A DNA stretch of 63,949 bases, the filler included, from Intoshia linei (taxonomy: Eukaryota > Animalia > Orthonectida), in assembly GCA_001642005.1 (NCBI GenBank). It is 4 parts of 4 records of this genome, joined end to end, with 100 filler letters (N's around TTAATTAATTAA, not from the genome) between each part and the next. Parts side by side here need not be neighbours in the genome. Positions count along the whole stretch, not along the records: positions 1 to 30,870 come from LWCA01000354.1; 3 more parts are not named here. One strand, 5' to 3'. Under the pieces are notes generated by a model. The model was not told where the DNA came from and ran no database searches. It worked only from the letters and a program-made list of their open reading frames with translations. Numbering within the stretch: position 1 is the stretch's first letter; the number at the start of each line of letters is the position of its first letter. Positions 1-20,072 of the stretch are shown here, piece after piece. A program made the translations under genes and the position numbers.

Positions 1-110
1 TATTTATATATTATTGTTAATAAAATCAAACTTCAGATTAATTAAGAGTGACTTGAAATAAAAATTTATTTTTTTTTTGCATTTTTCCGATGTCAAATTT
101 GTTTCAGAAA

Positions 111-750
111 CACCAAAAAAATTAATAATTATAATTTTTAATAAATCATTACATTTGGATGAAACGAATGATGTTCAAAAGACATGGAGTACTCTATTTT
201 TGCTAGATAATAAACTTGATGATCTATTAATATTAATCTTTAACCCGTCAATGTTCACAAAATGGAACATGTTTTTCAGGTATTGTTTACTACATATTTT
301 ATCAGATCAATAAAAAGTCTATATTATCTATCTTCCCTGTGAAGAATTAATATTTTATCTCCCTTGGTTAATGTTTCATAGAATCATGAATATTGACTGA
401 TTTTTTTGTCCCATTTTAATTTTGAAATTTAAAGCTTTTTTTATGACTAGAAACTTGGCTCGGTCATACATTTTAATAAAATAATTAAATAAAAACGCTG
501 CTCCTAAAATAGAACAATGGAGGTTGTCCAATAAGTTTTTACACTTGTAAGTAATTTAATTTAATACCAAAGAATTTACTTTTACATGGTTTTAACGTTT
601 TTTATTAGTATTTCTGAGCCTTTATGTTTTAAAAACGACTTTGTTACTGAAAATGTCTATAATATGTAATAAATGTATATAAAATTCACAGACCCCCAAA
701 AAAATGCTGTGAACCCAAAAGGTCCACATGGACCCCGTTGAGAATGGCTG
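111..750 (-). mobile_element. Truncated copy of the 46724-47494 hAT element family
   Basis: Reverse complement aligns over ~600 bp to 46724-47460 and retains one TIR (gttgagaatggctg ending at 750). Confidence 0.85.
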
Positions 751-1124
751 GTATAGAGCATCCGAAAAACCAATTAATTCAGTTTTATTTATTTCATCTT
801 TCAATTCCTGTTATCAGAATCGTTGTTGATGAAAATATTTTCCAAAAATCACATATAGGTAGAATATCATAGAATAAATAATTAAACTTTTTATTATATA
901 AAAAGATTCCATGACTTATAAAAGAGTCGATCTAATATTTAAAGCCATAAAAATATTTAGAAAAACTCCTAAAAATAAATTAATATTGAATTTACGCGTT
1001 CGTCAATCAGAAATTTCAATCATTTATTAATAATATTCAATAATAATCAAGTCTATTAAAAATATTATTAAAAATTCGCCGTTCGTTAAATGAGATTTTG
1101 ACTGTATTCAAATCAATTTTTTAT

Positions 1125-7111
<5,987 letters not shown>

Positions 7112-7962
7112 GTTTGTTTTACACACGAATTTTAATTTTCAAAAACAAATTGTAATATAAATAACTTTATTTGAAAATTTATTTTCAATCATAATAAATG
7201 TTTATCGTTTTTTGGATTTATCATGGAGAAATGTAAAATTAATTTTTTAGATTATTTTATTTTTTGGAAAATTTTATTTACGCCTTTAATTTGATGTGAA
7301 AAAAAATTTTTTTGGTTTCTTTTGAATATTAATTTAATCGGAATTAAGAATTGTATAATTAGGAAATTTTACAATCACTACGTAGATTTGATTGTAAAAT
7401 TTTGACGTGTGGAGTAATTTTGTCTCAGATGTTTTCAGCCTGGGGGAGTCGTATTACTAATAATGTTATATCCGATTTTGAGTAAGATTGCCATTTAAAA
7501 AAAGTAATATCTCTTAAGATAGGCCTCATACAATAGTACTCATGAGTCATGACCCTGTGCCCATTGAAACTATAGTTACCAGCATTAACAAATAAAATCC
7601 ATTATTTAACTAATAAATATACTAATTCTTGCGATTATTAACAATTTTGTAGAAAAGTAATGATTAATTTTTTATTTAGTCTAACCAAAAAAATTAAAAA
7701 AAAAATATTTTTTTTGTGGAATGAATCAAAAACAAAAAAAACATGATGGAAATGATTTTTTACCGAATACGAAATGTATTCAAAAAATTTCATTTAGGAG
7801 TAATTTCAAATTTTAAATTTTTATTTATATTAAACTTGTAAATTTGCTATTAATAAGAAAATTGTAATTAATGAAAATTTGATGAATATAAATTATTTTA
7901 ATGAAATAAATCAACCATGAGCAACAAATGTAGTTATTTATCGGTTACTGGGTAAAATAAAC
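7112..7962. promoter_or_regulatory. Probable bidirectional promoter region between head-to-head VCP and KIAA1328-like genes
   Basis: ~850 bp between two divergent start codons, with no recognisable transposon. Individual cis-elements not established. Confidence 0.45.
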
Positions 7963-10900
7963 ATGGATTGTCAAGGAATGAATATTTTTTGGTCTAAATC
8001 AGAAGGTATTAAATGATCATGTTTTAAAATATAAGTATAAAATATAATTGATAATTTTATAATACAGGTAATAAAGCATCTAAAATGTCTAAACGTTTCA
8101 CTGCGAACGATAAATTGACAATTCTGGAGGTAAAAGTAATTGAAAATACTCCTGAATTATTAATATTTAAGAATTCAAATTTAAAAACTGAAAAATCTGA
8201 AAATAAAGGTAATACAGACAATGTAGATGGCGCAAAATTTGAAAATTTGTGTGTACAGGACAAACAACGAATTGCTTTACTGATTAATGAAATGGCTAAG
8301 TAATTAATTATATTAATTTAAAATTTGAATCAATAAAGAGTATTTGTATAAATAAGTAATAATAAATTGATAGAATGTCTCAAACAATTTCTGAAATTAA
8401 AAATGCATTGGGAAATCAAAAGGAAAAAAACTATAATAATGTAAAAAATTGGAAAATAAAATCAAAAAAATATTGTGACAATCAAAAGAGTATTTTAATT
8501 ATATTATCGATAAAATTATTGTTTTTATAGTTTTAAAGAAAGAAATTAACAAATATTTATACATAATAAACAAATACCAAAATGTGTTTAAAAAACAACA
8601 AGTGAAACTGCAAAAATCTCAAACAGATAATGTTTTAAATGTAATTTTTAAGGCAATAAAATGAATAAATCCAAAAATATGTAAACACTGTACCAGAGCC
8701 CAACTTACTGTACCTGAGAACTGTCGTGGTGGACCTCAACGCAATTTTTGTAATTTGGTGGCCTCATTTAAAATATGTTTACAATTTTTAACATCAAAAC
8801 TATATTGTGTGTCAAATTTAAACAGCCAAGTCTAAATACGTGGATGGTGATTAGGGCTGTATGACATTATGCATCACCTGCAAAAACATTTTCAAAGTCT
8901 ATTTTTGAAGTTTCGGTATATATGGTAAATTCTGTGTTAGTTTCTGACCGGTAGGTTAAATTGTAGTTATTAACCCGCAACTGGCAAAAGTCCAATTTTA
9001 AATTTTTAAGGGTGTCGGGTAGAGTAAATGGTGTATAATGAAAAAACCCAATTGGTTATTGGAAAGATATTTTTAATCAGGTTCAATTAGACATATTGGT
9101 TATTAATTAAATTTACTGCAGTGCATGATAATGTATAAATATAATTGCGTATTATCATTGACTTAAATTGTATAATAATAATAAATATTTTATATTTTGT
9201 TTACAAGTTTAATTTTCGCATACCAATACATTTACATAAGGTTAACATCATAAAAAATATAATTACGTCAAATGATTGCTATTATCTTTTTAAATTGTAA
9301 TTGTTCAATTTTTTAATAAATACACGATTTAGTAATAATTTGAGATGAATGACCCATGTATTATGAAATTATTTAATTTTATATTCCATTGTTATTTTAG
9401 ATTAGAGAAATGATATCGTTATTAAAAAAACCAATGTCAAATGTACATCCATCATCATGTGATGATATCCTTAAAAATTCTGTCGATGAATGGATGAAAA
9501 AGAGCATATATAGTTTAAAAATATCTACAGAAAAATCTCATGTGTCTCATGATGACAAAATTAAAAAATTAAACATGAATTTTTCCATTAAATGTAATTT
9601 TTATAATATACGAGCTTTACTGTTATGTACTTTGTTCAAAAAGCAGCTAGATCTACGAGGGCGAACTTTTTTAATGATACTAAAAATACATTAAATAAAA
9701 ACCTTTACTTATACAATCAAACCTCAATTTAACGAACAACATGATAAACTTATCTTTTAACGAACAAACTTTTTCAAAAATAAAAAAAATTTATTTTTAT
9801 TATTATTTATTTATTTTTATTGAGAACAAACGCATATTTGTTAATTTTGCAACCGCTGAAATCGAAAAACTAGTATATGAGTGGTTTGTTCGAAAGAGAT
9901 CGAAAAATTTTATTATTTCAGGAAATATGATTCAAACAATTGCTCTTAAAATCGGGAAACGGCTATCAAAACCCAATTTCAGAGCTTCAAATGGTTGGTT
10001 TTCCTGTTTTCAAAAACGTCATAATATTCGTTCTCGTGTTATTAGTGGTGAGGCAGGTCTTGTTAATACGAGTGAATTTGAAGCTTTTTCAGATTTTTTT
10101 AGAAGTAAAGAAGAGAAATATAGTCCTATTGACATTGATAATTGCCTGTTTTTCAAAAATTCTAATTCTAGAACATACGTTTTATCAAATAGTGATAAAT
10201 CTTGTGGAAAATAATGGAAAAGTTACAGATAAATTCCCTGCGTATGATGAAAACGACTATAGTGACGATGAATTCATCGATTCTTTGATACAGCCCATAG
10301 AAGATGACATTATATCTAGAATGTATTGATAAACTAGAAAAATTATTTATTTTTGATAACTTGAATGGCTTAATCGCATTACAAGCGGTGAAAGAAACTA
10401 TATTAAAAAAAGACTTACAACAATATGTAATTTTTATAAAAAAATAAATTAATTAAAAATGAATTTGTTTGTTCGTTAACTTTTTTTGAACTAACAAGAA
10501 ATTTTAATGTAAGTTGCTGTTCGTTAAATTGAATGTATGTGTATTGTCGTATCTATTTTGTTTAATTCTATAACTAAAATTGTATTAGTTATTGAATATT
10601 CTTTGTTTTAATAAAATAGTTACAAAATAAAAAAACGAATACTAAAGTTTTTTTTGACCATCAAGGCGTCACTATTTGAGATTAAATTTTTAATGTGTTA
10701 ACTGGATAAAACCGTATGAGCTGTATTTTTTTAAAGATTTGGGACTTTTCATTTTTTAAAATTAGTTAGAAATTTTAAATTGTTTTTAGGTTTTGATCGT
10801 GAAAATACACTTTTTTGAGGTTGCCATTTATGATAATGCTAATGATTTTAAAATTAAATTAAATTTAGAGTTATTAAATTTTAATACTTTCATTTTTTCA

Positions 10901-13900
10901 ACAAAGAGTAATTTGTGGTTTTGACCATGAAGATGTAAGTTTCCGAGGCTGAGACGACGACAATGTTAATATTTTTAATCGCGTCGCAAAAATTATATTT
11001 TTTTTAAATTTTAGGGTTAATTTTATTTTTAAAAAAAGGGAAAATTGGATTTTTGACCCTAAATAACTGCATTTCTGGAAGTAATACATAAATAAAGATA
11101 TCACCGCGAAAAACTCTATATATGTAAAATTCGGATACATTACGGAAATTCAATTTTATATAATTAAAACAAGAGAAAAATTATTTTTTTAAATTTTATT
11201 TTCTAATATAAATTACATGTATTGATATAAATAATTGCTAAATTCTTAATTTATGAAAAAAATCATTTTTAATTCTTTCATGTCTCATTTTAACTGGTAA
11301 TTTTGCCTGAAATTATAATTACATACTTTGGATTTTTTGGTTGGCATATTGCTAATCGTTATTATATTTTTTCGATTTTACCATAGTGTACCATTCTTAT
11401 AATAGCTTGATCTCTAATGTGGTTTTTGTACTGTCATATTGCTGTTTTCAGAATTACCAAAATGAATTAACATAGCTATGCATAGATAAATTTGAAAAAT
11501 TGATTACAATCACGTTTTATTATTGCAAAAAATGTGTAGAATCTACATATTAACTTTGTAGATGTAGATGAGCGGTTTCCAAATAGGTACTGAGATCCCT
11601 AAGGGTTAGAGCAGTGGTTCTCAAATCAGTTTTATAATTCATTTCCCAATCATTACTTCATTTATGATGAAATTTTAATTTAAATCATATGTCGTAATTT
11701 TTGTGCATATTTGTAAATTATTTATATGACAGTCACTAATCCAATTTTACTTTATATTTGTTTATGAATCAATATTTCGATAATAATAAACATCCCACTA
11801 CACAATTAAACTAAAATAATTTTTCCCCCAGATTGCCCCTTTTTACAAATTTCTTCCCTGGGAGCGACTTGGCTCACCGTTGAGAACCACTGGATTAGAG
11901 GGAATATTTGACTACTATCCCGGTTTATTATATTTTTACCGCTTCGCAAAACTCAAAATTTTAGGAAAACACTTGCCTAAATGATTATTCACCAATTCTA
12001 ATATTTCATTTTATAAATACTGATTAATTTATAATTTAGCAGAAACGAATAATGAAATTTTAAACAGCGAAAGCGTGAAATCTGAAATTGATTCAAATAA
12101 ATTGGAAAGTGTATTGAATCGACAAAATGAATTATTACAATACGTTAAAGAATTGAATGAAACATGCACAAACCAAGAATTTTTTGAAAATGAAATCTCC
12201 CATTGCGATGAATCGGAAAAAAAAAGCAAAAAAAAATTTCAAAATGAAGGTTCATTACTATTCTTTATAATAACTTTTTAAAATTGAATATTATTTTATC
12301 TAACTTTATTAAAATCCTAGTTTCTAAATTTTTAACAGAGTGCTAAAACTAATTCAGATGTACGAAAATTATAGTACACGTTTTAAGTTCTAACTCGGAA
12401 ATTTTATTAGAAAATGTTGTTTTTTTCATCAATGCATTGCAACTTTCTTAATTTGTTACGTTTTATGGTACATTAATTAATGAGAGAAATTATAACGTAA
12501 AATAAAATAAAATTAAAATTTTTATACTCGACTTGTTTTATTAGGCCTAAACTGAATTTACTCAAGAAACCGTGTATTTCTCAAGATATTATAATGTAAT
12601 TATTTTAATTTGACTGTATTTCAATGTAAATGTTCTATTTTCATTGTGTACGTGTTTAACTACTGTCAAAATGTTTGAATATAACTATTACATCATTTTA
12701 TATGATTTTGATGATAATGGTTCTTAATAGGTTTTCAAATTATGTCGCATTTTATACATTTATGACATGGACCCATTTATCATAATATGCCGTGTTTTAA
12801 AAATGATGTAAGGTTGATTTTTTGATGTTGCATGTGTAATCACGTGTACTGAAGCTAATTAATTGGATTTTTTTTGAACATTTGAAATTTAACATAATTA
12901 TGATTAATTATTATAAAAATAAAATTTAATTATACATTTTATATAATTTAGAAAAATTGCAACCCAAAAATTTACAAAACCAATTAGTTAAAACGAACTC
13001 TTTATCGCATTCAAGTATCAATATTAATCAAGAAATCAATTTCAAGGATTATGGCAGGTGCTTCATAAATTTTTCAATTAATTTCAACGCCATTTTACAA
13101 TATTTAATTTTACGGGCTATAAACATTTGATTAAGTTTCATTGAAAAATTTCAAGAGTGTTTGTCGTCTTTTTATATCGATTTTTCGTTTATATTTTAAA
13201 AGTTTTTTTAAATTATTATTAAATTACTGTTTCTGTAATGATTCAATAAATATTTAGTGTCGTGTCAAAGTTAAAATAGTCCAGAACTTTTAATTTTTTA
13301 AAGAAACATAAAATTAAACGATTCCTAGCATATATAAAAATGTAAAAGCAAAATTAGCAAAATTTAAAAAAAAATAATTTATGACTCTTCACAATAAAAT
13401 AAAAATAAAAGTGTCAGATATGGAAAAACTTTAGAATTGCAAACACGAAAATAAAATTATATGCCCATAACAGTTGTATTTTGGTCAATTGTTCGTTAAA
13501 TTTACTCTGGGAGACGTAATGAAAAGAATTGAAATTATTGTAAGTGATTCCACCTAAAAAGGTTGAAAAACTTAATTTATTTAAGTTAATTTAATTTTTT
13601 AATTTTTAAGGGTTCTAATATTGATAAATTATTTGTAATTTAAGATAATAATATAAGATATTATAAAATTGAATTGTAATAATTTATTCAAAGTTACAAT
13701 ATATTTTTTATTTACCAATAATACATTTATAAATAATTGAATTAATGAATATATCCTCTGTTGAAATTTTATTCTAAAGGGAATTTTTTAATTCGACAAA
13801 ACTGTAATTCAAAAATATCATTTTTTTAATTTAACGATGAAAAATTATTAAACGTATTAGTTTCATTCTAATTTCAAGTCTTAAATTACGTTAACTAAAT

Positions 13901-16900
13901 AGTTAAATTGTGTCACTTGTCGGAATTGTGAATGAAATAAATTTTGAAAAATTATTTGATAAATTAGCAAAATTTATAAATTTCTTACTTTTTATTTTTA
14001 ATCATATTCAACTGTAAGGGGAACGTTTTGTTTGAGAACCACTGTTTTGTGTTTAGTGATTGTGCTCGGGAAAAATACCGGAACAAAATTCCCAGGATTT
14101 TTATGATATTCGGGGATTTCCGAAAAAACCTTTTAGTCGACAATTTGCTAAAAAATTTTTATTTTATTATTACACTAATAGACAATTTCCAATTTTTGTC
14201 GTGAGCTCAGACAAAATTGATATCATATGAAATAGAATTTTGAAATTTTAAGAATAAGCTATAACATTACAAGAATCTAAAGGAAGTTTTTTAATAAATA
14301 GACAAAACCTAAATAGTTTTTATTTTTTTTTAAAAAATATATTAAAAACCTACAACTTTGATTTTCTTTTTCAGTACTTTCTATTAATTATTTTTTGATG
14401 AAACTTTCATAATAAATACTAAATTAACTATTCTATAGGACTAATTCAACATAAGGTAAAATACCACTATAATAATCTTAGGGCACACCCTCAACTTTAG
14501 AGTAGTTTTTTTAAAAATAAGGCGGTGTACCTATGTAAAAATTTTTTTTGTGATGTTATGTAAGCCTTGTTAATTTAGTTTGCTATATTAATCAAAAATG
14601 TTAATAAGAAAAATAATTTTAATGTACAGGTATAAATTTAAAATAAAAAGTTTTATCAAGTAATATAGCTTATAATATATATAATTTATCAAATAGACAA
14701 CTTATGATATATTGTATGGTGGATCTTTAGAAAAATCATTTCAATTATTATTAAAACTAATTTTATCAAATTGAATTGCTGGCTATACGCCCTGGTCTTC
14801 ATTTATATTTTTTTATAATATTTTTCAAATATTTCGATTTTTAGTATAACCCTTCGTTAAGAATTATCATGAATCTATAAATCTTTTTATTTATCTTTCT
14901 CCTTATGAGATTACCCGACACCGACGTTTATTATAAACCTTCGTTAAGAATAATTATTACTCTATAAGTCTTTTTCATATCTATCTCCTTGTGAGGTTAC
15001 CGCACACCAACTTTTAGTATAACCCTTCGTTAAGAATGATTATTTCTATAAAAATCTTTTTTTATATCTCTCTTCTTGTCAGGTAATTGAGATCCCCTTG
15101 AGACCAGCTTTTTTTTAATTTTGAGCAGGCTGACATTTTTTTAATTTATTAAACACATATTGAATTCAAATGTACCCATTGCTGAACAGTGAAACCAGTG
15201 CCGTTGTAGAGCCAGCAGTAGGTTAGGTCAAATGGAAAAATGGTATCTCAATACATTGCTTAATCGATCATTCACTATCTAAAAATTAAAAATAACTAAT
15301 TGGACTGTTAATGGAACATTTTGGTATACTTAAGAAATTTTCTACCATTACTTATTAATAATTTAAAAATGTAGGTCCGGTCGATATGGCCCCTAGCTCC
15401 TTTCAACGGCCCTGAATGACACCTGAGTCTACCTAAAAACATCTGCATGATGATTATATATTAATATCAAAATTAATAATGAACACTAGCTTTCAAAAAA
15501 TAACGATGTTCATTATAGAGTTGATAGTAAACATTATATACTTTTCTAAAATATATTATTACCTGTACGACGATTTTTTTAAAGTTTCATAGAAGTACCT
15601 GATTCTTAGAAGGACATACATGTATAGTGAGATTAGTGGAGGATCTAGGATTTTCAGCCATGGGGCGAAAAAATTATTACGGGGCCAAATGCATATGATG
15701 TATTTAAATTGGGATTTTTATATTATGTTTATTAAATATTTCTATCTATATTAATAATTTTTATTTTTTTCTAGTTTTCATTTTACTAAATTTTTCAATG
15801 TTGAACATTTAACTATTGAGTGGTTCAATTGCATCAAAATCGACATTTTCAGCAAATTCTTTTTCGATTATGTTAAGTCCGATAATTTAACTTAAACTAA
15901 GCATAAAAAAATAATACATAGATTAATGATAAATAATCATTATATACATACAACGTAAACGATAAACTCTACATTTTTTTTTATTTTTCACAATGTTAAT
16001 ACACAAATTAAAATATTTTAGTTCACATTTGTCACTCCAGGGGGGATCGCTCCTGCAACCCACTTAGATCCGCTAATGGGTGAGATCCGATATTGAGACG
16101 CCTACTATTATCAATTAATGATACATTATCATTGATAATTGATAATAAATGACCCAAGTATTCACATTACTATATAATATATCTAGTCAAATAGATTTTC
16201 GTCTATTTTGAGGTTTTTAAGAATGTTATATTATTATTAACGTTAATTATTATAACGTTAATGTTATATAATTATAGACGATTTTATAATGAATAAAAAG
16301 TTAATTTGATTTTTAACAATTCCATTGATAATTTAATATCTTAGCCATATTGCACTGACTATTTTATGTGTTTTTTATTTTCTTTATTACAAAGTATAAA
16401 TTTTATTCTACAATTCTGTTTAAGTTTTATCGTTCATTATAAAAATTTAAAAATATAGTTTGAATCACATAAAGTGTAAATTGTGCCATCTAAAATAACT
16501 AACATATAATTTAAACGAAAATAAAAATTCCCATTATTTTGAAAGAGGTTCACTGTTCATCACCGAAGTGTACACTACACTTACATATAAAGCAGTGGTT
16601 TTCAACCTTTTTGTGTTCGCGATTCTCTTATAAACATAAAAAATTTTCGCGACCAAAAATTTTCTATATACTTCAAACATCCTATCAATTCACATAAATG
16701 AAAATATTAATATTAAAAAAGCATATTTAGTTTTATTTATATTTTATACTGTGTTCAAATTCTCACGACACCCTAATAAATTTCGCGACCCTCCGGTTGA
16801 AAACCACTGATATAAAGTAAATACTTTGTTAAGTAAATTTTTTTTAATGTTGACTTTATTGGATGTTCCATATTTAAAGGTCTGACTATAATTAACATTA

Positions 16901-17233
16901 TGTGTGTGGTAACATTTGAAATTTATTAGCATTTCTAAATTTCCCAACTACTGGATATGAATTATATAACACCCAGTGTTTATATCGTTTATATTTAAAA
17001 TAATGTTGCCCTTATCTTTTAATTTTAAAAACCAAACCCAAATTATACACCAAAAGGTTTGTCTCTGTAGAGAGAAAACAACCATTTTTTTAATTGAATT
17101 TCAATAATTATATTTACATTTGTTGAAAAATATTTTTAGCATAAAACTATCAACAATAGAATATATTAGTGAAATGGAATCAATGCATTATTCAGAATCA
17201 AAATTATTAGAAGATTGTTTTTTTGTAAAATAA
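7963..17233 (+). CDS. KIAA1328: Hinderin/KIAA1328-like coiled-coil protein, 9 exons, ~353 aa
   Basis: Exons 7963-8005, 8068-8129, 8172-8299, 8374-8489, 8531-8640, 9401-9593, 12040-12249, 12952-13057, 17140-17233 are phase-compatible (1062 nt). LCVQDKQRIALLINEMAK and C-terminal ESKLLEDCFFVK* resemble, from memory, vertebrate KIAA1328 LCLEDKRRIANLIKELAR and terminal QILEDIFFI*. Start could be 7963 or 7978. Confidence 0.72.
9714..10541 (+). mobile_element. Decayed pogo/Tigger DNA transposon (CENP-B-type HTH, DDE mostly deleted) in an intron of the KIAA1328-like gene
   Basis: EIEKLVYEWFVRKRSKNFIISGNMIQTIA..NFRASNGWFSCFQKRHNIRSRVISGEAG is the CENP-B/Tc5 HTH signature. Imperfect TIRs share caatttaacgaaca / tgttcgttaaattg, and TA flanks both ends. 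Confidence 0.88.
11612..11892. mobile_element. hAT MITE nested near the end of an older hAT MITE
   Basis: TIRs CAGTGGTTCTCAA / TTGAGAACCACTG; TSD ggttagag/gattagag. Its right part recurs at ~25050-25173. Confidence 0.85.
14838..15085 (+). repeat. Three-copy 86-87-bp tandem repeat
   Basis: ccttcgttaagaa starts at 14851, 14938 and 15024, with similar intervening sequence. Confidence 0.85.
15196..15414. mobile_element. hAT MITE
   Basis: TIRs CAGTGCCGTTG / CAACGGCCCTG; flanks agtgaaac/aatgacac (6/8). Internal segment shared with ~21040-21095. Confidence 0.65.
15634..16078. mobile_element. hAT (Tip100-like) deletion derivative
   Basis: Ends TAGTGGAGGATCTA / TAGATCCGCTAATG; TSD agtgagat/ggtgagat. 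Minus strand retains LNIIEKEFAENVDFDAI, resembling the hAT dimerisation-domain tail. Confidence 0.75.
16593..16809. mobile_element. 217-bp hAT MITE with perfect TSD
   Basis: TIRs CAGTGGTTTTCAACC / GGTTGAAAACCACTG (15-bp perfect); identical 8-bp TSD atataaag on both sides. Confidence 0.93.
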
Positions 17234-20072
17234 AACTGACAAAAAGTGTCATGAAAATGTATAAAATGTCCAAAATAATTTATTTGCCTACATTGTTGAT
17301 GAAATGGCATTACATTCAACATGTAATTAAAATCAAAATGTAACTATTAAGATACCAAATAATAATTTTGTGCCACTAAATTTAAAAATAAAGATGCAAG
17401 GTCAAATAAATTGACATTGAGTGATTTATACCATGTTTAATTCAATACATTTTGTATCCAAATGTTTTGGTAACTAATAAAAAACTAAAATACTTATACA
17501 TTTCTTTTGAATGTATATTTACTAAATGTTTGGTCTATTTTTAGTTTTAATGTAAGTTGAATAGTTGATAAAATTGCATCTTTCATGTCGGTTGAATTTT
17601 TATAATTAATAAGTCTTATCAATTTATAAAATAAACTCTCTCGTGACCAGACGTCTCGAGTGTGACTCCTACTGTGCTGTTTATTTTTATTTGTTTAAAA
17701 AATCAATTAATGTTTTAATTATAAATGCCTGACATTTTTTCTATTCAAGATTATCATTGATTCCACCACATGAAACCATTTCATTTTCATTTTCCAGACA
17801 ATTTAAGCAAACATTGATTATTAAACTAATCGGCAATGTATCCACAACTGGACTAGACTGTGACGACTGACTCAATTCAGTGGGTCGCTACTCGGCAATA
17901 TACTCGGTCCTTCTATTGTTTAAGTATCGTTACAATGACACGACAACTCGTTATCTACAATGTATATTACTTTATATAAGTAAGGATTAAAAGGTAATTT
18001 TTTTATTAATTTTTAAAAATTAAATAAAAACTGCCCTAAAACTACTATTTAATTTTTCTTAAAAAAATAACTATTGAACTACTATTACATTTACATTCTG
18101 TAGAAATATCCATAAAAACCTCTATTTAACATTGATAATAAAATTCGATAATTCCTTTTAAAATTTTTTTAAATAATCGAAAAATACACCAATTCCAAAA
18201 AATATCTCAATTGAAAGATTTTACTACAAAAAAATCGCTAAAATTATTTAAAAGTAATTTTAACATTTTTTATATAATATTAAAAAAATTTGTAAATTTC
18301 TTTAAAAAACTGGTTTCGTGAGTCAGTTTATTTTTAAATTTTTGGAAATTTTTTTTTTTAAAAGTTTCTTGAGCTAAGTATAAAGTCATTACAGGTCATA
18401 TTTTGGAATTGTTTAAAATTTTAATCAATTTAAACCTTTCATATATGAGTAAATACAGGTTTCAAAGACATTTTAAATTTACAATACTATCAATTATTGG
18501 ATATTGTTTCTATTAAACCTATTTGATTGAACGAAAACCCATAATTATGACTTACTAATCGATTAATCACTTGGATAATCTACTTTTTAAAAAAATATAA
18601 AAGTGCATTTACGGTACTTTTAAAACATTTAAAATGTTTAAATTTTAAATTCATTTATTAGTCATCAACTATAAATATTCATTAAAAGTTTATCGATTTA
18701 TTAAATAAAATTAAGATATAATTAAGTTGATAGCATATTTATATTAATATTTTTGTTATTTTAAAAATTAAAAATTACAGTACAGTGTACATTAATTAAA
18801 GTTAAAATTATAAAATTGAGACAGTAGGAAATAAATAGCCAACACAGTATTAGTAACGTTATCATAATTTTGATATTTTGAAATGCACTGATAATATTCA
18901 TTTTTGTAGACAATTTCATTTTAAAAATAATTGAATTAACAAAATGTGCTGCTCGCTCGGTAAATAAAAATATGGATATGAATAAGTATGGCCTCTAGGT
19001 TAGATTAGGCTTTAATTAGATAATCAAAGTGTGCAAGAATGTGTACCGGCAAGATTAAAGAAACAATTATCATAGCTCGGAAAAAATGCATAATCCCAAA
19101 TCGTGAGTCATACGCACAGAGTATAGTTTTTATAATATAATTAGACTTAATTACATTAAATTTGAAGAAATATTAAATTTGTAATTTTTGTATGATTATC
19201 GATTTGTAAAGACTAATTAAATAATTTTAATGTTTAAAAATATAAAATTAAATATCGATTAAAATGCAAGTTTAAACTTTAGCTTGAAAAATTATAATAA
19301 TGAACAAAATGAAAATTTATTACGTCAAATTATGAAAATTTACTTTTTAAAAAAACATTTGAAAATCTTGACATGCTCTTTTGATTGATTTATAATCGAT
19401 ATCTGGCGCGACTGACCAAAATGTACTTAAATATAGATACACTGTATCGATTTAAATGTTGATAATGACTGCTCAGTTTTTTACAACTTAAAATTATACA
19501 ATGCTTCACAATTACAATGCGTTATATTAGTCTTGATAATGTTTGTGCGTCGCATATCTATTATCTATATAACATATCATTTAATTTAAAATTAAAAATA
19601 CTCAAGGGGAATAAATTTCCGGTATAAATTTCAAAGCGCAATGAAAAATGGGCGGAGTTTCCATTTAAATAGAGACGACTTGGCAATTCAATTGAAAAAC
19701 TAACATATTGCGTTGTTTATTATATCTCAAAACAATAAAACTATATTTGTAGTTTACTTACAAGCCAAACAATGTGTAGCCATTTGTATAAATGACGTGA
19801 ATGAAATACATTTATTTTTATTCTCAAAATATTATGATTCATTTTGTTTTTATTCACTGGAATTTACCTTCAATGCAGCATTACAAACACACCCATATAT
19901 CGACTGTTTTCAACAAATTCAATCATTAATCATTTCATCAAGAATTTAAATCAGAATTTTCACGTTCTGACATTAACTAATTCATCAATTCTCGATATTT
20001 GTACCAATTAATTCTAGATACATGTTTTTGTAAGTTTTTATAAATATTCACCTTTATTCATGTTTAGATGAA

